Assembly: GCA_965223265.1 (NCBI GenBank) | Contig: OZ244999.1 | Coordinates: 5,632,001-5,696,000, forward strand | DNA length: 64,000 nucleotides | Source: Planctomycetota bacterium | GTDB taxonomy: Bacteria > Planctomycetota > UBA8108 > SXIK01 | Reading direction: 5' to 3' | Shown here: positions 29,311 to 40,018 of the stretch, in pieces | Layout of the letters: each line of letters opens with the position of its first letter | How positions within the stretch are numbered: the stretch's first letter is position 1 | The notes under the pieces: generated by a model | What the model saw: the letters and a program-made list of their open reading frames with translations, nothing else | The model's database searches: none | Told to the model about the DNA's origin: nothing | Program-made: the position numbers and the translations under genes

Positions 29311-30339
29311 GTGACGAAAAAGCGAATCGGCATCTGCTGCGCCGGAAATTGGATCATAGATCACGTCAAAACGGTTTCGTGCTGGCCGGACCAAGACACG
29401 CTCTCCTACATTCTCTCCGAGGAGATCGGGACCGGCGGCTCACCGTTCAACGTACTGGTGGATCTGGCTCGCTTCCAAGTCGACGTACCGCTGGTCGGGA
29501 TCGGTGTCGTCGGTAGCGATGCCGACGGTGAATTCATCCGTTCCACGTGCAAGTCTCTCGGGATTGACACGCGATGGCTGCAGCCCCTCGATGGAGTCCC
29601 TACAGCCTACACGGACGTCATGACCGTCGAGGACACGGGTCGCCGCACGTTCTTTCATCACCGCGGCGCCAACGACCTTCTCGAGCCGTCTCACTTTCCT
29701 CTCGATCAGCTCTCCTGCCGCATCCTCAACCTCGGATATTTGCTGCTGCTCGGCGCGCTCGATTGCGCGGACGAGGAATTCGGTACGCGGTCCGCCCGCA
29801 TCCTTTCGCGTGCGCGTGAGCTCGGCATCGAAACGTGCATCGATGTCGTCAGCGAAAACTCGGATCGTTTCGCGACCGTCGTCAAACCGGCACTTCGACA
29901 CGTCGACTACTGCATCATCAACGAGCTGGAAGCAGGTCGAACGACGGGCATCACGATCCGCCGCGGCGAGGACCTCGACGTCGCCGCCATGCACCGAGCT
30001 GCGGATGCCCTGCTCGACTGCGGCGTCGGCAAACTTGCGGTTATTCACACCCCCGAAGTCAGCCTCGGGGTGACCCGTGCGGGCAGCCGGCACGCGCAGG
30101 CGACTCATCTTTTGCCGCCGGGATACGTCAAAGGCACCGCAGGCGCGGGCGACGCGTTCTTGGCGGGCATGCTCGTGGCGCTCCATGACGACTGGGGCCT
30201 GGAGGAGGCTTTGCGCTTCGCCAACGCCGCCGCGGCAAGTTGCCTGCGCCATCCGACGACCACCGGTGGCGTCGGAACCGCTGACGAGATCAAAGAAATC
30301 ATGCGAACGCTGCCTCTGCGTCCGCTTCCAGTCCCTTAA
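29311..30339 (+). CDS. PfkB family carbohydrate kinase
   Basis: GGSPFN, VGSDADG, NELE and GTAGAGDAFLAG motifs. Confidence 0.9.
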   Translation: MTKKRIGICCAGNWIIDHVKTVSCWPDQDTLSYILSEEIGTGGSPFNVLVDLARFQVDVPLVGIGVVGSDADGEFIRSTCKSLGIDTRWLQPLDGVPTAYTDVMTVEDTGRRTFFHHRGANDLLEPSHFPLDQLSCRILNLGYLLLLGALDCADEEFGTRSARILSRARELGIETCIDVVSENSDRFATVVKPALRHVDYCIINELEAGRTTGITIRRGEDLDVAAMHRAADALLDCGVGKLAVIHTPEVSLGVTRAGSRHAQATHLLPPGYVKGTAGAGDAFLAGMLVALHDDWGLEEALRFANAAAASCLRHPTTTGGVGTADEIKEIMRTLPLRPLPVP

Positions 30340-30351
30340 CCGACCGAGCGG

Positions 30352-30430
30352 GTTTGCGCTGGCGTTTGCGTGGGCGTGGGCGTTTGCGTGGGCGTTTGCG
30401 TGGGCGTGGGCGTGGGCGTGGGCGTGGGCG
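30352..30430. repeat. Hexamer tract (GCGTGG/GCGTTT)
   Basis: Directly visible; abuts cassette copy 2. Confidence 0.85.
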
Positions 30431-31134
30431 TGTGGGTCTTCCAAAGTAGCAGGCACACGCCTGTGTGCCGTCCGGACCGTGTGCGTGTACGTGCGAGCTA
30501 TGACACGAGTAACCGTACGGCGGCGGTTAGGTCGATGGTGCGCGGTGCTCGGGACTGGCAAGAGTGCCCTCGCTGCGCTCGGCGCTTCGCGCTCTTGACA
30601 GTCCCTCCGCGCCGCGTTGGGGGGGGTACCGCCGCCCGGATGCGGCGGGCTCTTGATTCACCTTCCTTCGGAGGCCTTCTATGCGTTTCATCGCTCTCGA
30701 CGTCAGTCTCGGTTTGATCGGCGACTTGCGAGTTCCTTTAGCGCGGCTTCGGCGTCTCGATCCGGACCTGCACCGGCAGATTCGGCGCGCTGCTTCTTCG
30801 GTGGCGCTCAATCTCTCAGAAGGAGCTGAACGCGCCGGCAAAGATCGCCAGCACCTCTTTCGCGTCGCGCGCGGCAGCGCGCGCGAGGTCGAGACGGCGC
30901 TGCGCGTCGCCCAGTCCTGGGGCGATCTGAAGAGCGAAGACGTCGCGAGCGCTCTCAAGACGCTCGATCGACTGCTGGCGCTTCTTGGCGGGCTGACTCG
31001 CTGAGCATCACGTCGTGGCGCCCGCTGCCTCCGTGGCGGGCACAATCTCCTGCGTTCGAACGAAGCGGGAGCGTCTTCCAAAGTAGCAGGCACATGCCAT
31101 GTGCCGTCCGTGGTACGTGTACGTGGGCGTGGGC
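30428..31134 (+). mobile_element. REP-bounded four-helix-bundle cassette, copy 2
   Basis: Inverted near-identical copy of 17563-18266. Hairpin repeats at 30436-30475 and 31073-31110. Confidence 0.7.
30681..31004 (+). CDS. Four helix bundle protein
   Basis: Differs from 17693-18016 at two residues (KSED versus KHDD). Confidence 0.85.
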   Translation: MRFIALDVSLGLIGDLRVPLARLRRLDPDLHRQIRRAASSVALNLSEGAERAGKDRQHLFRVARGSAREVETALRVAQSWGDLKSEDVASALKTLDRLLALLGGLTR

Positions 31135-31380
31135 GTCAGTACTACTCTGTCTCTGTCTACGTCTCCGTATCTGCGTCTGAATCCGAGCGGCAAGCTTCGA
31201 GTCGTGACGACAGATCCTCGAGTCAACGGGATCCAGCTGACGAGCGGTGCCAAAGTGTGGTCCGGCTCGCCCCTCCCGCACCCCTTCCGTCTCACTGACA
31301 TGGCCAGTCGCCGTTTCGCTTCGGGGCGGAGGCACGCTATGATGGAGCGCCTGGTTCGAGGAGTTGGCAGGAGATTGTTC

Positions 31381-34300
31381 ATGCACAAACTGCGAGGGTC
31401 GTCCGACTCTCTCATGCGTCGACTGGTTTGCACGTTGGCGTGGATCACCGCGACTGCGATGGCGCCCCTGTGGGCAGATAGCACGGTTGTCTTCAACGAG
31501 ATCATGTACAACCCTGCGGCGGACGACGCGACGCACGAGTGGATCGAGCTGCACAATCAGATGGGCGTCGACATGGACATCTCCGGATGGTCACTTCGAG
31601 GCGTCGAGTACGTCTTCCCTGAGGGGACCATCGTTCAGGGGCGTGGTTTCGTCGTTGTGGCGATCTCACCCGAGGCACTCGCGGCGGCGACCGCACTCGA
31701 GGGTGTGCTAGGTCCGTTCAGTGGACGCCTTGCCAATGGTGGCGAACGCCTCGAACTCCTCAATAACAACTTGCGGGTCATGGACAGCATTCGCTATCGC
31801 GACGAAGGGGATTGGCCGCTGTCGCCGGACGGCTCCGGGCATTCGCTCACTAAGCGACATGTCGACCGGGCTAGCGACGACGCGACCAATTGGCGTGCCA
31901 GCGTCAACGTCGGTGGAACACCGGGAGCGCCCAACGCCCCTGTCGCTAGCTCCACCGCGACGCTGGCTTTCAGCGAGACCTACCTGCCCGAGTCGGGCGC
32001 CAGCTGGGTCGAGCTGATCGCGATCGGCGGTGATCTCGACCTAGGTGGTCTGATCCTTCAAAGCCGAGGCAGCGTCGACGCCGAGTTCGTCTTCCCGTCT
32101 CAGAACCTTCGGGCAGGAGCGTTGATCGTTGTCGACGAAACGACGGCAGGGTTCGAATTCGAGGCTGACAACCGGCTTTTCGTCTTCACCCCAGACCGCC
32201 AGAACGTCGTCGCCAGTGTGTCGCTGGACTCTGGCCATCGCGGTCAGCAGACCGAGGCACTTGCAGACACGAGCCGAATGAGCAGCCGCGATGACGTATT
32301 CTCCTGGTTCACGCCGATGACGCCGACTCCCGGCGCTGACAACCAAATCGCGCTGAACGACGACATCGTGATCAATGAAATCATGTATCACCCGAAGCCG
32401 ACGATCGCTCAGCCGGAACAGACCGAGGACATCCAGATCATGGACTTTGACGCGACATGGAAGTACGACGCGTCAGGGCAAGATCTTGGCACCGCTTGGC
32501 GGGAACCAGAGTTCGACGATTCAGCGTGGCCGAGCGGTCAAGGACTCTTTTTCAACGAGACGGCAACGCTTGCAGCCGAGAAGAACACTGAGATCCCTCT
32601 AGGCATCGTCACCTATTACTTTCGCACGACGTTTGAATTCTCAAGTGGCGAGGAACGCCGTCTCGTGCTGCAGAGCCTCCACGACGATGGCATCGTCGTC
32701 TATCTGAATGGCGCTGAGATTCATCGTTCGAACATGGCCAACGGTCCCGTGGTGTTCGACACGCTGGCATTCCGGAGTGTTGGGAATGCGCGCCCGAGCG
32801 ACTTTGAGGAAGTCTCCGCCGAAAACTTGAGAGACGGCACCAACACTCTGGCCGTTGAGATTCACCAGTCGCGCCTGACGAGCAACGACGTCGTTTTCGG
32901 ATTGCGAGTTTTCAAGCGGCGAACGGTTGCAGCTGCAATTCCCTTCAGCGAATCAGATCAAGCTTGGATCGAGCTCTACAACCAAGGCGCCTCCCCAGTC
33001 GATCTCTCAGGCTGGGCCCTCGCCGATGGCATCGACTTCGAGTTCCCTACCAACACGCTGATCGGTGCGGGCGAGCACCTGGTTGTCGCCAACGATCGAG
33101 AGCTCGTTGCAGGACTGCATCCCGGTGCACGTGTCGTCGGCAACTTCACAAGACGTCTCTCTCATCGAAGCGACCATGTCACGCTGCGCGACTCGCGGGG
33201 CAATCTTGCGGATTCAGTGACCTACTTCGATAGCGCGCCATGGCCCGCTGGGGCCGATGCCGGCGGCTCCAGCTTGGAACTGATCGACCCACGCGCCGAC
33301 AACGAGAATCCCGGCGCCTGGGCCGCCAGCGACGAGACGAGTCAAACCGGGTGGCGAGAATACTCATACACTCACACCTCCACCCAAGAAGTTGGACCAA
33401 CACGCTGGCGAGAGTTCATCTTCGGCCTCCTCGATGATGGAGAAATCCTCATCGATGATCTCGAAGCGATCGACACCACCGATGGCTCTCAACTCATCGG
33501 AGGTGGAGATTTTGAATTCGAAGAAGGTCTTGGTCCGTGGCGTGCCGTCGGCAATCACCGCGCCAGCCAGGTGATCGAAGACCCAGACGATCCGACCAAC
33601 CGCGTGCTCCATCTCATCGCAACGGGTGGGACGGAGCACATGAGCAACCACCTGGAGGCGACCCTTCCCACTGGAATTCGGCTCACAAGTGGCCGCATCT
33701 ACGTAGTCACCTTTCGCGCCCGGTGGCTCACCGGTTCGAACCAGCTGAATACGCGTTTCTACTTCAATCGCGCCGCACGCACGACAGCGATTGCGGCACC
33801 GACGAGCGGGGGTACTCCTGGACGCGTCAACTCACAGCACGCCCCCAATGTCGGCCCAACGCTTTCGTCACTCAGCCACTCACCCGGTGTCCCCACTGCC
33901 GGGGAGGCCATCAACGTGAGCGTGGCCGCTCACGACCCCGATGGAGTGGCTCGAGCGACACTGTGGTGGACGACCGCGGAAATGCCGTGGCAAACCGTGG
34001 AGATGCTGCGGCCTGGGTCGTCCGCGGTGTACAACGCCGCGATTCCGTCGCAGCCGCCGGGGACGCTCGTCCAGTTCTACGTCGAAGCGGAAGATACTCT
34101 TGGCGAAGCGTCGTTCGCACCCAGCGGCGGACCAGATTCCCGTGCGCTCGTACGTTTCGACGATGGTCGAGCCGCTGACGACGTGCGGCACAACCTCCGC
34201 CTCCTGATGACGCCAGAAGACACTGACGATCTGCACGAATTCTTGAACGTCATGAGCAACGACCGCATTGGCGCCACGCTCGTCTACGACGAGTCCGAAA

Positions 34301-35832
34301 TCTTCTACGACGTAGGCGTCCGCCTCAAGGGAAGTGAACGAGGTCGCCCGGTAAGCGCACGCGTGGGTTTCAACGTGCGCCTTCCGGCAGACCATTTGTT
34401 TCGTGGCGTCCACCGCACCATTGCAATCGATCGCTCCGGCGGCTGGAGATTCGGCGGGCCAAGGGGCCAAGACGAAATCCTCATAAAACACATGATCAAC
34501 CACGCCGGCGGCATCCCTGGGATGTACGACGACATGATTCACGTGATAGCCCCTCAATCGGCCCACGACGGATCCGCGCTCCTATTGATGGCTCGCTACC
34601 GGGATGTCTACTTGGATTCGCAGTGGCCGAACGGCGGCGACGGGACAGCCTTTGAATTTGAACTCATCTACTTTCCAACGAGCGAAGCGAACGGCTTCAA
34701 ACGTCCACAGCCCGACGACGTTCTCGGCACAGATCTTGTCGATCGAGGCGATGACAAAGAAGCCTACCGCTGGAACTTTCTCGCCAAGAACAACACACGG
34801 CGAGACGACTATGCATCGCTCATCCGCTTCCTTCGTGCCCTTGGGCAGCCGCAGTCGGTTGTCGAAGAGACCATTACGGAGTTCGTCGACATCGATTCAT
34901 GGATGCGGACCATCGCAATGATCTCGCTGTGCGGTGTCGGTGATACCTACATGTACGGCCTGGAACACAACGGCATCATTTGGATCCGACCCGAGGACGG
35001 GCGCGCGCTTTATTTTCCTTGGGATCTCGATTTCGCGTTCGTGCAGTCCGCGACGTCACGCCTTCCCGGTGGCGGGCTGTTTGGTTCTAAAGTCGCCAAC
35101 CGGCCACCATTTCGCCGCATTTTGACCCGACAGGCGCTCGAGATCATCGACACCACGTTCAACCCCGAGTACATGCGCCGCTGGATCGATCACTACGGGG
35201 CATTCGAAGGACGCGACTACGGCCCGATCCTGAGCTACATCGCGGAGCGGGGCGATTTCATCAAGCGTTCAGCACCGGAGGTGCTGGAGTTTTCGATCAA
35301 CACCAACGACGGCGAAGACTTCGTCATCGTCAACGTGGACAGCTTCGACCTCGAAGGCGTCGGCTGGGTCGACATCGACACGATCGCGCGGCAAGGCCCT
35401 GCAGGCGAGCCACTCAACGTCGTTTGGACAACCGACACCGAGTGGAAGATCAACGTAGATCTCCCGGTCGGCGACAACGACTTCGACCTCGTCGCACTCG
35501 ACTCTTCTGGCAACCAGGTCGGCTCAGACGCCATCCGCATCACGCGGCTGCCTGACCCGGAATTCATCCGCGGCGACGCAGACCTCGACACGAGAATCGA
35601 CATGTCGGATGCGATTCTCGTTCTCAACTATCTCTTCACCACGAGTGAGCTCGAGTGCGACGAAGCGGCAGACGCAAACGGCGATGACGACATCGACATC
35701 TCCGATCCGATCTTCGTGCTCAATTTCCTCTACGTGTCGGGAAGCCCGCCGGCTGCGCCCTATCCAGAGGCCGACGTTGACGAAGATCGTGAAGACGCAC
35801 TCGATTGCTTGCGCGGCGTCAACAGACCGTAA
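31381..35832 (+). CDS. Large secreted protein: lamin-tail domains, CotH-like kinase region, C-terminal dockerin-like domain
   Basis: VVFNEIMYNP/IVINEIMYHP and WIELHN repeats; GVRLKGS and PWDLDFAF; FIRGDADLD...DANGDDDIDISDPI. AGGAG precedes ATG 31381. Confidence 0.8.
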   Translation: MHKLRGSSDSLMRRLVCTLAWITATAMAPLWADSTVVFNEIMYNPAADDATHEWIELHNQMGVDMDISGWSLRGVEYVFPEGTIVQGRGFVVVAISPEALAAATALEGVLGPFSGRLANGGERLELLNNNLRVMDSIRYRDEGDWPLSPDGSGHSLTKRHVDRASDDATNWRASVNVGGTPGAPNAPVASSTATLAFSETYLPESGASWVELIAIGGDLDLGGLILQSRGSVDAEFVFPSQNLRAGALIVVDETTAGFEFEADNRLFVFTPDRQNVVASVSLDSGHRGQQTEALADTSRMSSRDDVFSWFTPMTPTPGADNQIALNDDIVINEIMYHPKPTIAQPEQTEDIQIMDFDATWKYDASGQDLGTAWREPEFDDSAWPSGQGLFFNETATLAAEKNTEIPLGIVTYYFRTTFEFSSGEERRLVLQSLHDDGIVVYLNGAEIHRSNMANGPVVFDTLAFRSVGNARPSDFEEVSAENLRDGTNTLAVEIHQSRLTSNDVVFGLRVFKRRTVAAAIPFSESDQAWIELYNQGASPVDLSGWALADGIDFEFPTNTLIGAGEHLVVANDRELVAGLHPGARVVGNFTRRLSHRSDHVTLRDSRGNLADSVTYFDSAPWPAGADAGGSSLELIDPRADNENPGAWAASDETSQTGWREYSYTHTSTQEVGPTRWREFIFGLLDDGEILIDDLEAIDTTDGSQLIGGGDFEFEEGLGPWRAVGNHRASQVIEDPDDPTNRVLHLIATGGTEHMSNHLEATLPTGIRLTSGRIYVVTFRARWLTGSNQLNTRFYFNRAARTTAIAAPTSGGTPGRVNSQHAPNVGPTLSSLSHSPGVPTAGEAINVSVAAHDPDGVARATLWWTTAEMPWQTVEMLRPGSSAVYNAAIPSQPPGTLVQFYVEAEDTLGEASFAPSGGPDSRALVRFDDGRAADDVRHNLRLLMTPEDTDDLHEFLNVMSNDRIGATLVYDESEIFYDVGVRLKGSERGRPVSARVGFNVRLPADHLFRGVHRTIAIDRSGGWRFGGPRGQDEILIKHMINHAGGIPGMYDDMIHVIAPQSAHDGSALLLMARYRDVYLDSQWPNGGDGTAFEFELIYFPTSEANGFKRPQPDDVLGTDLVDRGDDKEAYRWNFLAKNNTRRDDYASLIRFLRALGQPQSVVEETITEFVDIDSWMRTIAMISLCGVGDTYMYGLEHNGIIWIRPEDGRALYFPWDLDFAFVQSATSRLPGGGLFGSKVANRPPFRRILTRQALEIIDTTFNPEYMRRWIDHYGAFEGRDYGPILSYIAERGDFIKRSAPEVLEFSINTNDGEDFVIVNVDSFDLEGVGWVDIDTIARQGPAGEPLNVVWTTDTEWKINVDLPVGDNDFDLVALDSSGNQVGSDAIRITRLPDPEFIRGDADLDTRIDMSDAILVLNYLFTTSELECDEAADANGDDDIDISDPIFVLNFLYVSGSPPAAPYPEADVDEDREDALDCLRGVNRP

Positions 35833-36421
35833 GCAGGTGGTGAGTGGAGCCGAGCCAGTTGATCACACTGACTCGGCATCAAATCGGACGCGACGGTTTC
35901 AGCGAGAGCAGGTCAGTTCACGCTCGCGCTCTTTCGAACTCGACGCTTTCTTTTTTCCGCGTTCCGGCTGACCGTACCAGTTTTGATCGCTGCTGATGGG
36001 GTCCGCCGACTTGAAGACCTGCGTTAGGCAGGCAATGCCGATCGGCACGAGAATGAGACAGAGTATGTAAGCCATGGTGTCCTCGTCGCCTCGCGATCGC
36101 GGCCTCAGCGCTGCTGAAGCTGCGTAAAAAGATGGTTTGACGATCCCATCCTCGGACGCAGAGCCGCAGCCTCTTCACTCTCGATCGAGAGACCTGCAGT
36201 TATCGGAGCATGAAGAGTTATCGGCTCTCACAGCTGCTCGTCCCGTAGGTGGCGCGATCGTCCCTCACGCCTGGCCTCACGCGCTCAATGGCGCTGCTCA
36301 GGCTCGTGGCGCGAGCAAGAAAGGAGACGCAGGATGTACGGTTTCCGGATAGTATGGATCGCGTCAACGTCTCAGTCGTGCCGCTTTCAAGCCACACGTC
36401 CCTCAAACAGCCGCTGCTCCA

Positions 36422-37282
36422 GTGCGCTTCTGTATGCTTCGACGACGTCGAGATCGAAAACGCAGCAACAAGCCCGTCTCTTTCCGGCGGGACACAGGCG
36501 CCGTTAAGACTCTGCTCTTGCTTACGATCTTGGCGGGCTGTCGATCCCAAGAGTCGCGACCAGTCAACACTCTCGAGAGCCTCGGGTTGGTAGCCGAGGT
36601 TGAGGATGACGTCTCCACAGATTCGGCCGACACTGGAAGAGTCACCCGAAAAGCCGACCACGAGGCAGCTGACGACGTGCCGGACAAGCCGCGGGCTTCA
36701 GTGGAGGGCGAAGCCGGGCCAGAGGCAGTGACCTCAACTCCACCGCAGGTGGCTCTGCAACGGGATCCACCGCTTGCCGATCACCAAGTCGAGTCGCTTC
36801 ATGTCGTCCAGTTCACTGCGCCACAACCAGAGAACGGGAAGAGTAGGAAAAAGAGAAAGAATCGCCGCAAACGCTCAGAGGTCACGCTAGCGTGGGATCC
36901 GGTAACGCGCAACGCGAAAGGTGAGAAGCTCACCTCAATCCTTGGATACGAAGTCCGGATCAGAACGGCAACGCATTCGACTCGCAAGCGCGTCAAAGGT
37001 AAGACCCAGATAACCGTCAAGCTTCCCAGCGGCCGCTACCGCGTGTCAGTCGTCGCCGTGGGCGTTCGTGGTCTACGGAGCAAACCTTCTGAGGAGAAAG
37101 TCCTCGTCGTGCCAGAGTCTGGCAAAGCAGCCTTCGTCAAGAAGAAGAGTAAAAAGAGTAAGAAGAAGAAAAGGAAGTCGAACAAGAAGAGAGATTCCCG
37201 CAAATCACACCTCGAGAGTCCGACGAACGCTGCCGAGAAATCCTCGCACGCTGCAGCTTCAGTAGCGCCACGTACCATATAG
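36422..37282 (+). CDS. Putative lipoprotein with a fibronectin-III-like domain and Lys-rich tracts
   Basis: LLLLTILAGC lipobox and VTLAWDPV...GYEV...YRVSVVAV...SKPSEE. Start uncertain. Confidence 0.55.
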   Translation: MRFCMLRRRRDRKRSNKPVSFRRDTGAVKTLLLLTILAGCRSQESRPVNTLESLGLVAEVEDDVSTDSADTGRVTRKADHEAADDVPDKPRASVEGEAGPEAVTSTPPQVALQRDPPLADHQVESLHVVQFTAPQPENGKSRKKRKNRRKRSEVTLAWDPVTRNAKGEKLTSILGYEVRIRTATHSTRKRVKGKTQITVKLPSGRYRVSVVAVGVRGLRSKPSEEKVLVVPESGKAAFVKKKSKKSKKKKRKSNKKRDSRKSHLESPTNAAEKSSHAAASVAPRTI

Positions 37283-37658
37283 CAGTGCGAGTCGCGCTCC
37301 TTGCTCCCTCGCCGCAAAGCGCTCTCTGGCGCCAGGTCGAGTTGAGTCGTCACTGCAAACTGCCACAACGAGTGCCCTCACGCGTGACCCAAAACGATCA
37401 CGATGATGAGAGCCACCCGCCAGACGAACGACGGCGCGGAGGTCCGAGGGGTGGTTGGTCGGTGCGGTGGAGCGCCACACACGTTAACATCCCGCTTCTG
37501 ACTCCAATCACTGCTCCGACACTACGTAGCCACTAGTCCACAGGTCCTCATCGATATGGCCCCGTTCTTCCTTCGTTCTGCTGTGAGCGCTGCTTGGCCT
37601 CGCTCCAGGATCAAGACAGTACGAGCTTCTAATCTAGAGCAATACGACACCTACCGAA

Positions 37659-39584
37659 ATGCTGCTCCTCGCCGCTAGCCTTGCCGTCCTCGCGGCCGGT
37701 CCCCTGGTCTTCGCCCTCGCGCAAGGGCGGACCGCCCCTCTGCGTCTGATCGACGGGTTCGTCTTTGTCGCCATGCCGGGGCTCATCTTTCTTGGCATCG
37801 TCCCTGAGAGCATGGAGAGTGGAGGATTGTGGACCCTCCTGTTCGTGATCGCAGGCTTCCTGGGCCCGACGCTCGTCGAGAGGCACTTTCGTCGTGCAAG
37901 TCGAACAACACACACGGTGTCCGTCTTGCTAGGAATGCTTGCCCTCTGTTTGCATGCGACACTCGATGGCGCATGGCTGCGAGCGCCCGATCCCGGGCAC
38001 GGCGGTCATTCCCATTTCGCAACAGCGATCGTACTGCATCGCCTGCCGCTCAGCTTGACAGTCTGGTGGCTGGTGAGGCCACAGTACGGAGTGCGGGCAG
38101 CGCTTGTGATTCTCGGGCTCGTGACAGTGGGCACAATCATCGGTTACGCGATTGCCCCGACGGTGACGGCAGGATTCTCGACGCGTGGGCTGGCGTGGTT
38201 TCAAGGTCTCGTCGCCGGGTCGTTGGCACACGCCGTTTTTCATCGCCCCCACAGTGCCAAGAGTGGCGAGAAGAGCTGCTGCGCGCCAGAGGAACCGAGC
38301 TGCTGCTCACAAGAAGAGTCAAGCCCCGCGACAATCTCCGAGTCCCACGACCACGACCACGGGCACGAGCACGCCTCGCGGTCGCACTGCCACGAGCCTG
38401 CAGTCGAAACCGCCGCTTGTCACTCCGACGGCGCAGCCGACGAGGGCCGTCAGAACATGTACGATGGAGTCGGGGCACTCTTGGGAGTCGTTCTCCTTGC
38501 TCTCCTGATGGGCGAAGACGCTGTCGGTCACCACGACCACACCGCCGCCGGCGTCATGGACACGTTTCTATCGTTGGCTCTGAAGAGCGCGCCGGCGCTG
38601 GCGCTGGGTTTTCTCATGGCAGGCCTCATGGGGACGTTCCTGCCGATGTCGTCAGTCAACTGGCTGCGACGCGGTGCCCGTTGGACGCGCGCGGCGCGGG
38701 GTGTCATTCTCGGCCTGCCGGTTCCGATCTGCTCGTGCGGAGTGATTCCACTGTACCGCACGTTGATCCAGCGCGGCGCACCACCGACCGCGGCCATGGC
38801 ATTCCTGATCGCCACGCCGGAGCTCGGCATCGACGCGGTGCTTTTGTCGTTCCCCCTTCTCGGCACGTCGATGACGCTCGTACGTGTCGTGGCGGCAGGC
38901 GCCCTTGCGCTCCTTGTCGGCTGGCTTGTCGGTCGCTTCACTCCGGGACACGCTCCTCCTGAAACCTCTGAGACCCATCAGTCGGTGCGACGCCCGCTCG
39001 CGGTGCGACTGGTCGACAGTCTCAAGCTCGGCTTCGGAGAGGTTGTCGATCACACCGGGCCGTGGATTCTGCTCGGGCTTTTCATCGCGGCGATCGCCGC
39101 GCCCATTCTCGACGATGGGTGGCTCACGCGGCTCCCCCGCGGTCTTGACGTCGCCATCTTCGCTTTTCTGGGTGTTCCCATGTACGTCTGCGCCTCCGGG
39201 GCGACCCCGTTCGTTTCGGTACTCTTAGCGAGCGGCGTGTCGCCGGGCGCAGGTCTCGCCTTTCTCCTCACGGGTCCGGCGACGAACGTCACCACGTTCG
39301 GTGTTCTTGGACAGCTGCACGGTCGCCGCGTCGCGGCCGCATTCAGCGCCGCTATGATTGTACTCTCAGTCGCGGCCGGCTTGATCGTCAATCAGCTGCC
39401 GGGTCTCGCAACCACACAGCTGGCGTCGCACAGCCACCATCACGCGACAACAGTCGAGTGGCTATGCCTCTATTTCGTCGGTGCAGTCTTCGTCTGGTCA
39501 CTTGTGCGTCGCGGCCCCCGGCGTTTCACTGCTGCGATCATGGCGTTCGACGAGAGCCTACCGCCGCCGGTGCCGACGCGGTGA
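37659..39584 (+). CDS. Metal permease (DUF318/ArsP-like) with N-terminal membrane domain and His/Cys-rich linker
   Basis: PICSCGVIP, FLIATPE, YVCASGATP and GPATN motifs; linker SCC...HDHDHGHEH. Confidence 0.85.
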   Translation: MLLLAASLAVLAAGPLVFALAQGRTAPLRLIDGFVFVAMPGLIFLGIVPESMESGGLWTLLFVIAGFLGPTLVERHFRRASRTTHTVSVLLGMLALCLHATLDGAWLRAPDPGHGGHSHFATAIVLHRLPLSLTVWWLVRPQYGVRAALVILGLVTVGTIIGYAIAPTVTAGFSTRGLAWFQGLVAGSLAHAVFHRPHSAKSGEKSCCAPEEPSCCSQEESSPATISESHDHDHGHEHASRSHCHEPAVETAACHSDGAADEGRQNMYDGVGALLGVVLLALLMGEDAVGHHDHTAAGVMDTFLSLALKSAPALALGFLMAGLMGTFLPMSSVNWLRRGARWTRAARGVILGLPVPICSCGVIPLYRTLIQRGAPPTAAMAFLIATPELGIDAVLLSFPLLGTSMTLVRVVAAGALALLVGWLVGRFTPGHAPPETSETHQSVRRPLAVRLVDSLKLGFGEVVDHTGPWILLGLFIAAIAAPILDDGWLTRLPRGLDVAIFAFLGVPMYVCASGATPFVSVLLASGVSPGAGLAFLLTGPATNVTTFGVLGQLHGRRVAAAFSAAMIVLSVAAGLIVNQLPGLATTQLASHSHHHATTVEWLCLYFVGAVFVWSLVRRGPRRFTAAIMAFDESLPPPVPTR

Positions 39585-40018
39585 GCTTTCGGAAAAACCT
39601 GGACCGATTCGAGCGTTCGAAACTCCATCTCCGTCTCTTCTTTTGCCTCGCGCAAGCGGAAGACCAGTGGACGCTCCCGCAACCCAACGCTCGGAACAAG
39701 AAAACGGTAGAGACCTCGACGAACGGAAGAAGGCAAGTCGGATGCCACAGTGATTGTTTTCTTCACTCTCTTCTCTGATCTCCGCGGCCTCTGCGCCTCC
39801 GCGTTCTCTTCGTTTTCTTCTCCGCGGCGCAGTCCATAAAGCAGAGCGCCATCTCAATCATTCGCCGGGGCAGCCCACATTATCTTGATCGAGCGTCTCT
39901 GCGGTCCGACACGACGAACACGACCGAGAGGCCGTGTCGTGTCGTGTCGTCTCGTCTCGTCACGATGCGCTCCTGAGTCCGTTAGCAGCTGGGCCTGAAA
40001 AGGCTCAGCCCGGACGGG

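Noticed and set aside
31099-31380. N-terminal extension of the 1577-aa ORF
   Set aside because: Runs through repeat and cassette sequence; an RBS supports a later start.
39775-39960. Short CTCTGCG/CTCCGCG and GTCGT repeats
   Set aside because: Too short and single-copy here to define an element.
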